DNA of 64,000 nt from Candidatus Subterrananammoxibius californiae (lineage in GTDB: Bacteria; Planctomycetota; Brocadiia; Brocadiales; Subterrananammoxibiaceae), in contig JAURAC010000006.1 in the NCBI GenBank assembly GCA_030586555.1, forward strand, positions 16,794 to 80,793. Reading direction: 5' to 3'. Within the stretch, counting starts at the first letter, position 1. The number at the start of each line of letters is the position of its first letter. Of the stretch, positions 1 through 9,410 are shown piece by piece. A program made the position numbers and the translations under genes. A model generated the notes under the pieces. The model searched no databases. It was not told where the DNA came from and saw only the letters and a program-made list of their open reading frames with translations.

Positions 1-84
1 TTCATTATCTTCCTGTATGTGGCATCATCATCGCAAAAAAGCACTTTTAATTTTTTGTCCGTCACGCCTTCCTTCACCCTTTTG

Positions 85-1809
85 TCATTCCTGCGCAAGC
101 AGGAATCCATGTTTAATATCTAAGTTATACAGAACTAATTCACTACAAGGATTGTCAATGTATCTGTCGCTCCTGAAACGCTTCAAAAGCCTTAAACCAC
201 CAATAGCTGGAACTATGCCCTCTACCTGAGAAGTACACAAAACGGTCTCAGGTATTACAAGTGATGAGTTAATATCGTACTCAAGGTCGTTAATATTTCT
301 CGCCCTCCTAATATCCCAGCCGAAGGCATAATAGTCAAAGAGTCTTTTTGTATCCCAACAATAAAGCCTCGTTGACAGTTTATCGAAGTTGTCCGTTATG
401 TAATTCATAACCTGCACTTGAAGCGGCAGGGTCCACTTGTGTTTTATAATTAGCCTGAAGGAACTTACACCAAGTGTAATTATTAAAAGACCAATAATTA
501 TAGTTTTAAGAATGTTATTATAACCACCCCTCAATCCCCTCCTTGCGAAGGAGGGGATAAAGGGGAGGTCATAGATTGTATTGACCTTTTCCCTCCTTCG
601 CAAGGAGGGGATAAAGGGGAGGTTAAGGAGTGAAGGACTTATCCTAACCAGCCCATAAGAGAGACATATTAACAATATTGGAACCAAGGGTAGAACGTGC
701 CTCGGTTTTTCTAAGTTCTGGCAAAATAATACCCATACAGAGTAGGGTATCATATACAACAAGACAAATATACTTTGCTGATTCAATCTCAAAGATTGTG
801 TCAGCGTTTTTACGCCTGCCATTAATATTATAACAGATGGTATAAGACGTGTACCAGAAGTATCATGCCACCAAAATCCCAACCCGTTGCACAACAAACA
901 CCATAAAAACGCCAATAACCGTAGGGGCAGTTCTCTAACTGCCCCTACACCCGAGGACACCGTGCCGACAGCTCCACCCCAATCTGTAAAGTGTCCGTAT
1001 GTGAATGAGAGGGCATTCCCTAATAAATTTGTAAATTTTACATGGTGTATCATAGGAATAAGCCAGAGAGAGATACCAAACGCTAACGAAGCAACACCAC
1101 TACATATCGCAGTTACTCTGCCTTTTTGCCTACATATATGGATTAATGCAAATACCCAGATAGCGATAAAAGGGAAATAAGCCAATCGTATGCCTAAGGT
1201 TAGCGCAAAAACTATACCACCAGTAACAAAGTATGCCATTGAATATCTTTTAGGCTTTAAACCTGAAAATAACAACTGCGCCGATAGCATTAAAAAGAAC
1301 AAGCCCATAGAATCTGATGTAGGCTTTTCTGATTGCAGCCAGCAAAGCGGATTAACTATAAAGAGCAGCGCTGTTACAACTGCAACCTCTCTGGAAAACA
1401 TCTCTTTGGCAAGCGAGTAAAGCGGCATTATTGTCAGGGCGCCGAAGATTGCCCCCGGCAACGTGAGCGCAAGCGCATCGTTACTGAAAACCCTCGACAC
1501 AAGCCAGCAAAAGAATATATATACCGGATAGCCAGGAAATTGCGGCTGATAACGTGTGATGTCGTAGTCATGAAGGGCAAACGCAAAGTCCACATCATCC
1601 CACCCCTCCAGATACTCGCCCATAAAAGCTATGCGGAAAGCAAGACATACAAATAAGAGGGGAAATAGGGAATAGGGAATAGGGAATAGGGAACATGAGA
1701 ATTTGCTATTGGCTATTCCCTCTTGGCTATTCCCTTTTAGCTGTCCTGACTCCTGACTTCTGACCCCTGACCCCTGATTCCTGACGCTATGGTTATTGTT
1801 TGACATCAT
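85..1809 (-). CDS. GT-C fold (PMT/ArnT, GT39-like) membrane glycosyltransferase with several repeat-derived inserts
   Basis: WDDVDF..PQFPGYPVY first loop and many TM helices; N-terminus partly repeat-derived, so start is uncertain. Confidence 0.7.
   Translation of the reverse strand: MMSNNNHSVRNQGSGVRSQESGQLKGNSQEGIANSKFSCSLFPIPYSLFPLLFVCLAFRIAFMGEYLEGWDDVDFAFALHDYDITRYQPQFPGYPVYIFFCWLVSRVFSNDALALTLPGAIFGALTIMPLYSLAKEMFSREVAVVTALLFIVNPLCWLQSEKPTSDSMGLFFLMLSAQLLFSGLKPKRYSMAYFVTGGIVFALTLGIRLAYFPFIAIWVFALIHICRQKGRVTAICSGVASLAFGISLWLIPMIHHVKFTNLLGNALSFTYGHFTDWGGAVGTVSSGVGAVRELPLRLLAFLWCLLCNGLGFWWHDTSGTRLIPSVIILMAGVKTLTQSLRLNQQSIFVLLYMIPYSVWVLFCQNLEKPRHVLPLVPILLICLSYGLVRISPSLLNLPFIPSLRRREKVNTIYDLPFIPSFARRGLRGGYNNILKTIIIGLLIITLGVSSFRLIIKHKWTLPLQVQVMNYITDNFDKLSTRLYCWDTKRLFDYYAFGWDIRRARNINDLEYDINSSLVIPETVLCTSQVEGIVPAIGGLRLLKRFRSDRYIDNPCSELVLYNLDIKHGFLLAQE
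526..623. repeat. Two family-F palindromes (CCCTCCTT-GCG/CGC-AAGGAGGGG type), in frame in the glycosyltransferase
   Basis: tcccctccttgcgaaggagggga and ccctccttcgcaaggagggg; encode LPFIPSLRRRE / LPFIPSFARRG. Confidence 0.85.
921..948. repeat. Family-A REP-like palindrome GTAGGGGC...GCCCCTAC, in frame
   Basis: gtaggggcagttctctaactgcccctac encodes VGAVRELPL on the minus strand. Confidence 0.9.
1664..1786. repeat. Heptamer tandem arrays (AATAGGG)n and (TCCTGAC)n in the 5' part of the CDS
   Basis: aatagggaatagggaataggg...; tcctgactcctgacttctgacccctgac. Confidence 0.85.
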
Positions 1810-1880
1810 GGTTGTTATATTTTATACTTAACATCATCAAAAGTAAAACCAAACTTACTTTTTGAAAAAAGTGGGCTAAA

Positions 1881-3641
1881 ATGAACATTATCATAATATT
1901 ATCCGCTATTATCCTGTGCTTTTTTCTTGCCTGCCGGTTCTATGCCCGATATATTTCTAAGGCTATGGGGTTAGACCATCGCCGCATAACCCCCGCGCTG
2001 GAAAAGGATGATGGGCGTGATTATGTGCCAACCAAAACGCCCGTTGTGTTTGCCCACCATTTCGCCTCGATTGCAGGCGCAGGACCTATTATCGGTCCAA
2101 CCATTGCCCTTATCTATGGTTGGGGTCCTGCATGGTTATGGGTGGTTATAGGGGGTATATTCTTTGGGGCGGTCCATGATTTCTCAGCCATTTTTGTCAG
2201 CATTCGTGAGGGTGGCAAGTCAATTGCAGAGATAGCCCGTAAGACGCTCGGCAAGAATGGATTCATCATGATGATAGCCTTCGCCATAATTATGCTTGTC
2301 CTTGTTAATGCTACCTTCCTGAATGCCTCTGTTACAGCCCTGACCTCCATGATAGAGCCTGCACAATTGAATCTAAACAGCGAACAACATATCTTCCGAG
2401 AAATAGGAGAAGGCGCAGATAAAAAGATTGTCATCGGCGGGATTGCATCTGCATCCGTGGTCGTTATTACACTTTTTGCGCCGCTTTTAGGTTTCCTTTA
2501 TTTAAAGAAAAATGTCCCAGTTATCCTCTGCTCTTTATTTGCTATTATTGTCTGCGTTCTTTCTGTAACTATTGGTATTTACCGCCCAATCACTCTTAGC
2601 CCCCTTGTATGGATGACCTCAATCGCTGTTTATACATGGATTGCCGCTGGCATCCCTGTGTGGATATTCCTTCAGTCCAGGGATTTTATTAATGTGCACA
2701 TTCTTTATGCTGGCATAATTATACTCGTGGCTGGAATTTTTTCTTACGGCTTTAAAGGCGCCCAGATTAATTTCCCTGCCACAAATATTGTCGAAGGGGT
2801 TGACAATATCGGCTATATCTGGCCTGCCATCTTTATCACCATTGCATGTGGGGCTATTAGCGGCTTCCATTCGTTATGCGGAACGGGAACAACCTGTAAG
2901 CAGCTTAAAAGCGAATACTCAACACGACAGGTAGGCTATTACGCCATGCTCCTTGAATCATTCCTTGCAGCCAGCGTTATTGCCGTATTAGTAATTGGCA
3001 TTGACTTTAGCCATTATAAACAGCTTGTCTTTCCCGCCCTTAGTTCTGGTCAAAAGGGCAATCCGATTCTGGCGTTTTCTTTAGCCATGGGACACACCCT
3101 CGGGAACGGGCTCGGACTACCGGTGGCATTCGGCACAATCTTTGGCATGTTGTTACTTGAGGGTTTTATCGTAACGTCACTCGATACCGCCGTACGTTTG
3201 AACCGATACCTCTTTGAGGAACTCTGGCACGTCATCTTCTCAAGACCGCCTGCATTCTTACGCCACTATATGTTCAACTCTGGGCTGGCAGTAGTTTTAA
3301 TGTTTTGCCTTGCCCGTAACAACACGGTAGCCACTATATGGTCAATCTTTGGCGCCGCAAACCAATTGCTTGCCGCCCTTTCCCTACTTGCGGTCTCCTT
3401 CTGGCTACTAAATAATGGCAAAAGGCTCTGGTACACAATTATCCCTGCAAGCTTTATGCTAATAACGACCATCTCTATGTTAGTAATCTTGCTTATTACT
3501 AATTACCTGCCGAACGGCAACTATCCATTAATAATAGCAAGCATACTGCTTTTGTGTCTGGCGGCGGGAATTATTGGAACCGCCATTAATGTGTATGGCA
3601 GGTATCTTAGAAATTCCTGTAAAATGGTAGTGAGAACATGA
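1881..3641 (+). CDS. cstA: Carbon starvation protein A family transporter
   Basis: DGRDYVPT, HHFASIAGAGPIIGP, ITIACGAISGFH motifs. Confidence 0.92.
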   Translation: MNIIIILSAIILCFFLACRFYARYISKAMGLDHRRITPALEKDDGRDYVPTKTPVVFAHHFASIAGAGPIIGPTIALIYGWGPAWLWVVIGGIFFGAVHDFSAIFVSIREGGKSIAEIARKTLGKNGFIMMIAFAIIMLVLVNATFLNASVTALTSMIEPAQLNLNSEQHIFREIGEGADKKIVIGGIASASVVVITLFAPLLGFLYLKKNVPVILCSLFAIIVCVLSVTIGIYRPITLSPLVWMTSIAVYTWIAAGIPVWIFLQSRDFINVHILYAGIIILVAGIFSYGFKGAQINFPATNIVEGVDNIGYIWPAIFITIACGAISGFHSLCGTGTTCKQLKSEYSTRQVGYYAMLLESFLAASVIAVLVIGIDFSHYKQLVFPALSSGQKGNPILAFSLAMGHTLGNGLGLPVAFGTIFGMLLLEGFIVTSLDTAVRLNRYLFEELWHVIFSRPPAFLRHYMFNSGLAVVLMFCLARNNTVATIWSIFGAANQLLAALSLLAVSFWLLNNGKRLWYTIIPASFMLITTISMLVILLITNYLPNGNYPLIIASILLLCLAAGIIGTAINVYGRYLRNSCKMVVRT

Positions 3642-3862
3642 AAATTCAATACGATGCAGAGGTAGACGCACTCTACATTGAGTTTCGCCCACTTGAGCCA
3701 GGAACTGCCGATAACAGGGAATTGAGTGAGGATATTATAGCCAACTACGGACCCGATGGTAAACTGTCAGGTCTTGAGATACTTAATGCAAGTGTTGTTT
3801 TAGGTGAAAAGCTAAATAAGGTAATTGTAGAAGCAAGCCCTGTTCCCTATAGTGCTGTTTAA
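3638..3862 (+). CDS. DUF2283-like small protein (TA-associated, orphan)
   Basis: MKIQYDAEVDALYI...GLEIL signature; ATGA overlap with the cstA stop. Confidence 0.8.
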   Translation: MKIQYDAEVDALYIEFRPLEPGTADNRELSEDIIANYGPDGKLSGLEILNASVVLGEKLNKVIVEASPVPYSAV

Positions 3863-3895
3863 TATCATCATTCTCAGTTTAATGGAAGCCATTTT

Positions 3896-3950
3896 GCGCA
3901 GGCTAAAGTTCGCCACGGCGAATCTGCCTCAGGCACGACCTACGACTACA
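3896..3950. repeat. REP-like hairpin (CGCAGGCTAAAGCCT.CG) interrupted by 30-bp element B (3909-3938)
   Basis: gcgcaggctaaag[ttcgccacggcgaatctgcctcaggcacga]cctacgactaca. Confidence 0.85.
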
Positions 3951-4005
3951 CGTTGTAATCCGTTATAACAATTTTCAATGTCTATTTTTGGGTAGGGGTT
4001 TTTGC

Positions 4006-4033
4006 TTGCAAATTGGACTTAATATGATATAAT
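4006..4033 (+). promoter_or_regulatory. Putative sigma70 promoter of the CBS/transporter operon
   Basis: TTGCAA-16 nt-TATAAT with extended -10 TG. Confidence 0.55.
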
Positions 4034-4089
4034 TCTCCCCAATTGTTTTTGGTAAACAGGCAGGTTCAAAATTTTAAGGAGACAAGGCG

Positions 4090-4557
4090 TTGAAGATAGA
4101 AAAATGTATGACATGGAATCCGTTTTTCTTGAAGTCTGGGACTCCTATAAGGGAGGCGGCAAAGGTTTTTATTGCGAGGAAGTTTGGCGCACTGCCAATA
4201 CTTGACAAGCGAGACAAACTAATTGGCATCGTTACCATCATGGATTTGCTTAAGGTGTTCCTGCCTGATTTTGTACCTTTAGTAGACATTGACTTCATAA
4301 AAGATTATGGTGCGCTTGAGATTCAGGAGAAGGACATAGAGAAAATCGAAAGCCTTGTGGTAGATGATATTATGACAAAAAAAGTTATTTCTGTGGATTC
4401 TGATTGTCCATTAACGAGGGCTATATCCCTGATGAAGAAACACGATTTCAGGCACCTGCCGGTAGTAAAGGAAGGGAAGCTTATAGGAATGGTGTCAAGT
4501 ACTGATATATGCCGCCGCTTCCTTGAAATCTGGGAAGCCAAAAACAAGAAAGATTGA
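4090..4557 (+). CDS. CBS domain pair protein
   Basis: Two CBS repeats (LPILD..LIGIVT; RHLPVV..GKLIGMVS). Confidence 0.9.
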   Translation: MKIEKCMTWNPFFLKSGTPIREAAKVFIARKFGALPILDKRDKLIGIVTIMDLLKVFLPDFVPLVDIDFIKDYGALEIQEKDIEKIESLVVDDIMTKKVISVDSDCPLTRAISLMKKHDFRHLPVVKEGKLIGMVSSTDICRRFLEIWEAKNKKD

Positions 4558-4666
4558 ATCAACGAACATGGCAGACAACAAGGTTTTACCTTCGGCTGAG
4601 CAGTTCGACCCTGAGCTCACTGCCGAAGGGCTCAGGTCGAAGCCTCATTGAGAAAGGATAAAGGAG

Positions 4667-6127
4667 ATGGAATTTATATCACAGATAGGTCTGGGTTTAA
4701 TTTTCATTGCCGTTATTGTGACGCTTATTTATGTGAAGGCGCATAGAACGCTTATTATCTTATTAGCAAGCGCACTTATGGGCGCTGCCGGCGCCGCCGC
4801 TGGAACACATTACGAAAAGGTTGAGCCAGAGCGCCTGCATCAATATATCGCAGGCTTCATCTTCATTGTAGTATTTGGCATAATTATATCAGAGAAAATA
4901 CACAGAACTATCATAGCCCTGGTAGGGGCGGTGATAATGGTCCTTGTAGGTATGTACCTTGGCTTCTATTCTCAGGGCGAGGCGCTAAAGGCGATAGATT
5001 TTAATACCATTGGTCTGCTAATGGGCATGATGATTATTGTAAACATGCTTAAGAGGACAGGCTTTTTTGAGTACCTCGCCACCATTGCGGCAAAAAAGAC
5101 AAAAGGAAGCCCCTGGCTGCTGATGCTAATTCTTGGTTCCATCACGACATTTGTCTCCATGGTAATTGATAACGTAACGACTGTGGTGTTGATGGTTCCC
5201 ATCACGATAATCGTTGCGGAGATTATTGGTATAAACCCCCTCCCTATCCTTTTAGCCGAAGCCCTGCTTTCAAATACCGGTGGCACTGCCACACTTATTG
5301 GCGACCCGCCAAACATAATGATTGGTACTGCCGCCAATTTAAGCTTTAACGATTTTCTTGTCAAGCTGTTTCCTATCGTGATGCTGATATGGGTTTCTTC
5401 AGTGGTGTTGTTAAAATTTGTCTTTCGGAAGGAGTTACGTGAGAAACCACGGAATATTGAAGCCCTTTTAAAATTAGACGAAAAGCAGGCTCTAAAAGAC
5501 CCAAAATCGTTAAAGAAGATATTGTTTTCGCTCGCCATTGTTTTAGTACTGTTTTTTATTCATCACATATTCCATTTTCAGAGTTCCTTTGTCGCCCTGA
5601 TTGGCGCAGCCATTTCATTTCTATGGGTTCGTCCCCACCCCGATGAAATCCTTAAGGAGGTTGAATGGACGGTACTGCTCTTCTTTGCCTGCCTCTTTGT
5701 TGTCGTGGGGGGTGTTGAAAAGACAGGGTTACTGGATGTTGCGGCGGAGCAGATTGGCCATCATGCTACAGGAAGCCTTATTGTAACGACATTAATAATT
5801 ATATGGGTCTCTGCATTTCTCTCTGCCATTATTGATAATATCCCGTTTACTATGGCAATGATTCCTGTTTTACAGCACCTTGAGACGCAGGGAATAAACA
5901 TCACCCCACTGTGGTGGGCGCTTGCCCTCGGTGTCGGTTTTGGCGGTAACGGGACGCCTATCGGCTCATCTGCTGGTGTTGTTACCATGGCAATGAGCGA
6001 ACGCACAAAATTCCCTATCACATTCAGGAATTGGTTCAAGTCAGGCTCTATTTTGATGATTGCCAACTGTATCTTTGCCTCAATACTTGTGGTTGTATTC
6101 TTTAAATTTCTTTCCACACCACGATGA
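4667..6127 (+). CDS. ArsB/NhaD (IT superfamily) ion transporter
   Basis: IDNVTTV, SNTGGTATLIGDPPNIMIG, IDNIPF motifs. Confidence 0.88.
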   Translation: MEFISQIGLGLIFIAVIVTLIYVKAHRTLIILLASALMGAAGAAAGTHYEKVEPERLHQYIAGFIFIVVFGIIISEKIHRTIIALVGAVIMVLVGMYLGFYSQGEALKAIDFNTIGLLMGMMIIVNMLKRTGFFEYLATIAAKKTKGSPWLLMLILGSITTFVSMVIDNVTTVVLMVPITIIVAEIIGINPLPILLAEALLSNTGGTATLIGDPPNIMIGTAANLSFNDFLVKLFPIVMLIWVSSVVLLKFVFRKELREKPRNIEALLKLDEKQALKDPKSLKKILFSLAIVLVLFFIHHIFHFQSSFVALIGAAISFLWVRPHPDEILKEVEWTVLLFFACLFVVVGGVEKTGLLDVAAEQIGHHATGSLIVTTLIIIWVSAFLSAIIDNIPFTMAMIPVLQHLETQGINITPLWWALALGVGFGGNGTPIGSSAGVVTMAMSERTKFPITFRNWFKSGSILMIANCIFASILVVVFFKFLSTPR

Positions 6128-7245
6128 AGGTCTTTCTTTCCTTAAGTTGTAGGGGCGTATTGTTCGCCATGGCGAATCTGCCTCAGGCACGACAATACGC
6201 CCCTACGGTTGTCATTCTGCTTTATATTCTATCCACCTCTGCCTTCGGTGAAACCCGGGTACTCTTTTCCCCCGAAGGTAGTATAAGGGACTGTATCCTT
6301 GAAAATATCGGCGGTTGCAGTTCATCCATTGAAATAGCGGTATACGACTTCGCCTCGGGCGATATTGCAGAAGCCCTCATTAACGCCAAAAATAGAGGCA
6401 TAAAAATAAGGGTTGTGCTGGACAAGAAGCAAGCAGAGAAGGAAGGCTCTTTATACGGCTTCCTTAAGGATGAGGGTTTTGACGTGCTATTGGTGAAGGG
6501 CAGGGTTGGCGGAAGTATGCACAACAGCTTTGTGATATTTGATAACAAACTCGTGTTGACAGGCTCATACAACTGGACGGAATATGCAGAAAAATTTAAC
6601 TATGAAAACGTAATCCTTACTGACGAAAAAGCGGTGGTTGAAATGTATCAAAACGAGTTTGAGAGATTGCGTGTGGGTACGGAGATAGTAGAAAGGAAAC
6701 AAGAGCCTGTTACCCAAATCCAGCCTCCTGCTCCCTTGAAAGCAGCGCCACAGGAAGAAATAAAGACAGAGGAGTTAAAAGCAGATACGGGAAAACAAGA
6801 CAGCAAGTCCTGGTTAGATTTCCTTTCAACATATCCTAAAAAACCTCCTCCTCCCTCACCAGCAGAAGGCGCCCCAGAAAAGGAATTTTTAGATATATCT
6901 TTTGAAGAGCTTGATAAGATTTTTGGTAATGAAAGTACGCTCTCAAAGGCTGAAAAAAACGAAAAATGGGAGCAGTATAAGGGAAAATACGTGAGATGGA
7001 CGGGCGAGGTTGTGTACAGGGGCATTGGCCGCACCGATTGGAACAGGATGGGGGTTAAGCATACAAATACGGATAAGTTAGATGTTGAACTGTGGTTCGA
7101 TTATAGAATGATGGATACGGTCTTAAGTATTAATAAAGGGAATATCATTACCTATACAGGCATGCTATCTATCAGGCGTGGTTACAATTCGCCTTATAGA
7201 ATCAAAAATGCCTGGATAGAGGAGTATCTCCATCAAAAACCGTAG
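6124..7245 (+). CDS. PLD-like nuclease-fold protein with variant HKD motif and C-terminal probable OB-fold
   Basis: FSP, IAVYDF, MHNSFVIFD..TGSYNWT..NYEN; Pro-rich linker. Confidence 0.75.
   Translation: MKVFLSLSCRGVLFAMANLPQARQYAPTVVILLYILSTSAFGETRVLFSPEGSIRDCILENIGGCSSSIEIAVYDFASGDIAEALINAKNRGIKIRVVLDKKQAEKEGSLYGFLKDEGFDVLLVKGRVGGSMHNSFVIFDNKLVLTGSYNWTEYAEKFNYENVILTDEKAVVEMYQNEFERLRVGTEIVERKQEPVTQIQPPAPLKAAPQEEIKTEELKADTGKQDSKSWLDFLSTYPKKPPPPSPAEGAPEKEFLDISFEELDKIFGNESTLSKAEKNEKWEQYKGKYVRWTGEVVYRGIGRTDWNRMGVKHTNTDKLDVELWFDYRMMDTVLSINKGNIITYTGMLSIRRGYNSPYRIKNAWIEEYLHQKP
6149..6206. repeat. Family-A palindrome carrying element B at its centre; read through in frame
   Basis: gtaggggcgtattg[30 bp]caatacgcccctac; identical to 9226-9283. 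Confidence 0.92.
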
Positions 7246-7393
7246 CAACAAGGAGATGAAAGTCAAATGGGGGGTAAAAAATGACCTTCATAACAGGCTT
7301 TCCTTTGGAGTTCATTGAACATGTCAATAAACGTACCCAGCTTCGGGTGAGCTGGACTCCAAAGCGAACCCTGTTAGTTTCCCCTTGTTGCTA
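7243..7393. other. ~150-nt multi-stem structure between convergent genes (candidate ncRNA or complex terminator)
   Basis: Perfect 11-bp closing stem tagcaacaagg/ccttgttgcta enclosing two further hairpins. Confidence 0.45.
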
Positions 7394-7420
7394 TTTCTTC
7401 AATAAACCCATGGCAAGATT

Positions 7421-7657
7421 TTAGTCGAACCCGCCAAACCATTCATCAAACTGGTAGTTCGTTGAGTACACCCTTGGTTCATAAAAGGCATTTTCGCCTG
7501 CCTGCGCAATCTTCAGGTTGCATCTCTTACATCTGCGGTTGTGAGGTCCTTTACTGAGAAATGCCTTTCCACACATAAGACATCTTCGCCTCTTAACCAT
7601 TGGTTTTCTTAATGAAAACCTCTTTTCTCTATATTCAATCGCATCACTGCGCCTCAT
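7421..7657 (-). CDS. Small basic zinc-ribbon protein
   Basis: CLMC..F.S.GPHNR.CKRC; ATG at 7657 preferred. Confidence 0.65.
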   Translation of the reverse strand: MRRSDAIEYREKRFSLRKPMVKRRRCLMCGKAFLSKGPHNRRCKRCNLKIAQAGENAFYEPRVYSTNYQFDEWFGGFD

Positions 7658-7672
7658 AGTCTTTCCCCTTTT

Positions 7673-7792
7673 GGTAGACAACAAACCCATGAATCACGTT
7701 CAGGGCATGTTTTATGTTCTTTTGGTCAAAGATTCGCCAAAGGCGAACACCAACGCGCCCACGAAGTGGGCACCCGAACCTCATTGTCTACC
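7673..7792. repeat. Family-E double-hairpin repeat (GGTAGACAAC...TTGTCTACC) expanded by nested hairpins
   Basis: Ends match 35650-35730 and 46525-46582; internal ttcgccaaaggcgaa and gcccacgaagtgggc hairpins. Confidence 0.7.
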
Positions 7793-7937
7793 ACCTGTTA
7801 TCATTTATCATTTTGTTGCTATTCCTGTTACTTCATATTTAGATGTAATATTTTGGTTAAAGATTCACAGATTAACCGTGAACCAAAGACGGAATTTGGC
7901 TTGACAGGTTTTTTGACATAAGTTATGTTATTTATGG

Positions 7938-8405
7938 ATGAAATTTTTTTTGAAGCCTTATTGTGCAATCTGGGCTATAATTATATTATCGGTAGCATGT
8001 TCAAGAAGCGTAACCTCTCCTACTTACAAGTGTAATGGGGTTATTGACGGCGATACCATAGTAGTGGAAGGGGTGGGCAAGGTGAGACTCCTCGGCGTAA
8101 ATGCTCCAGAGATAAAGGATACGCACAGGGGCGTTCAACGATTCGGTATGGAATGCACCATGTTCACTGAGCAAAATCTTCTGGGCAAGCAGGTAAGGCT
8201 TGAATACGATGAAATGAGGATGGATAGTTTTGGCAGAACCCTGGCATACGTTTATGTGGACGATACCCTTTTTAATGCTGAACTGGTAAAGCAGGGCTAT
8301 GCTTTAGTGTATGCTAAGTATCCTTTCAAGTACCTCGATGAATTTCGAAGGTTTGAAATGGATGCAAAAAAGAACGGCAGGGGGATATGGTCTTATCAAA
8401 GGTAG
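7938..8405 (+). CDS. Thermonuclease (SNase) family lipoprotein
   Basis: VIDGDTI, VRLLGVNAPE, DSFGRTLAYVY; lipobox-like SVAC. Confidence 0.92.
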   Translation: MKFFLKPYCAIWAIIILSVACSRSVTSPTYKCNGVIDGDTIVVEGVGKVRLLGVNAPEIKDTHRGVQRFGMECTMFTEQNLLGKQVRLEYDEMRMDSFGRTLAYVYVDDTLFNAELVKQGYALVYAKYPFKYLDEFRRFEMDAKKNGRGIWSYQR

Positions 8406-8413
8406 CACTAAGT

Positions 8414-9229
8414 ATGTTCGTAATTGAGGGTTATAAATTCCAGGCTTTCAATCGTAGAGATGGACACAGGGCAAATTATGCCATCTTAAGTAATGGTTTT
8501 GATGACCTCATGGGGATAAAGTATTCCCCGGATTTCGAATTTTCCCACGAATTTAATATCCTCTCGAAACTCAATCACGAACAAATTCCACACGCTTATG
8601 ACATGGGGCAAGGCGATTTGTACGAAGATGGCAGGTTCATAATATCCCAGAATTTCATGGTGCTTGAGCATTTCCCGGGTATTGATTTGGTCGAGTATTA
8701 CAAGGAAAAGAACTTACTCGATACCAGACAGATTGACAGCGTTATTAAGCATTTTATTACACTTTGCAACCCGCTTCAGTATCTTCACGAGAAGGGCTAT
8801 ATTCACGGTGATATAAAACCTGGGCATCTTCTTTTGAATAGGAGCACAGGCAGGGTATGCCTGATTGATTTCGAGTGCGCTGTAAAGCAAGGGGAGCTGA
8901 TTGGAGGCAGCACCCGTGGGTACGCATCCCCGGAACAGGAATTACAGATGTTAATAATAAAGGATTTTTTCAAATATTATAAACATCCAGAAAACGAGGC
9001 AAAGTTATTTATTGATGGTAGAACCGACTTATATTCTCTCGGAGTTGTTCTGTACCAAATACTAACGAACAAACTCTGGAGCGAGTCGCTGAGTCCCCCC
9101 AGCCATATTAATAAAGAAATTCCACAAAAGCTCGATAATATAGTGTTGGGGCTGTTAGAAACGAAAATTTCTGACAGAATAAGCTCCGCAGAAGAATTGA
9201 AAAGAGAATTAAATAGTGTTTTGCTGTAG
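8414..9229 (+). CDS. Ser/Thr protein kinase-like protein with variant motifs
   Basis: HGDIKPGH, LIDFE, YASPEQ, DLYSLGVVLY. Confidence 0.8.
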   Translation: MFVIEGYKFQAFNRRDGHRANYAILSNGFDDLMGIKYSPDFEFSHEFNILSKLNHEQIPHAYDMGQGDLYEDGRFIISQNFMVLEHFPGIDLVEYYKEKNLLDTRQIDSVIKHFITLCNPLQYLHEKGYIHGDIKPGHLLLNRSTGRVCLIDFECAVKQGELIGGSTRGYASPEQELQMLIIKDFFKYYKHPENEAKLFIDGRTDLYSLGVVLYQILTNKLWSESLSPPSHINKEIPQKLDNIVLGLLETKISDRISSAEELKRELNSVLL

Positions 9230-9283
9230 GGGCGTATTGTTCGCCATGGCGAATCTGCCTCAGGCACGACAATACGCCCCTAC
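9226..9283. repeat. Family-A palindrome plus element B; supplies the kinase TAG stop
   Basis: 58/58 identical to 6149-6206. Confidence 0.92.
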
Positions 9284-9353
9284 AATATTTTTGCCTTGAC
9301 ATATACATTGAAAATTCATTATATATAGGACAATTTGATGTGCAAAGCGGGGT

Positions 9354-9384
9354 GGGTGGCATGGACAAACTTGTTTGTCCGTGC
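9354..9384. repeat. Family-D REP-like hairpin (GGTGGCATGGACAAACTTGTTTGTCCGTGC)
   Basis: Same sequence at 15126-15156 and inverted at 26778-26808 and 35550-35580. Confidence 0.9.
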
Positions 9385-9410
9385 TTCCCCTGAGCAACAA
9401 GGTATTGAAA

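Noticed and set aside
7243..7393. Retron msr-msd (terminal inverted repeats plus short and long hairpins)
   Set aside because: No reverse transcriptase nearby; kept only as a generic structured element.
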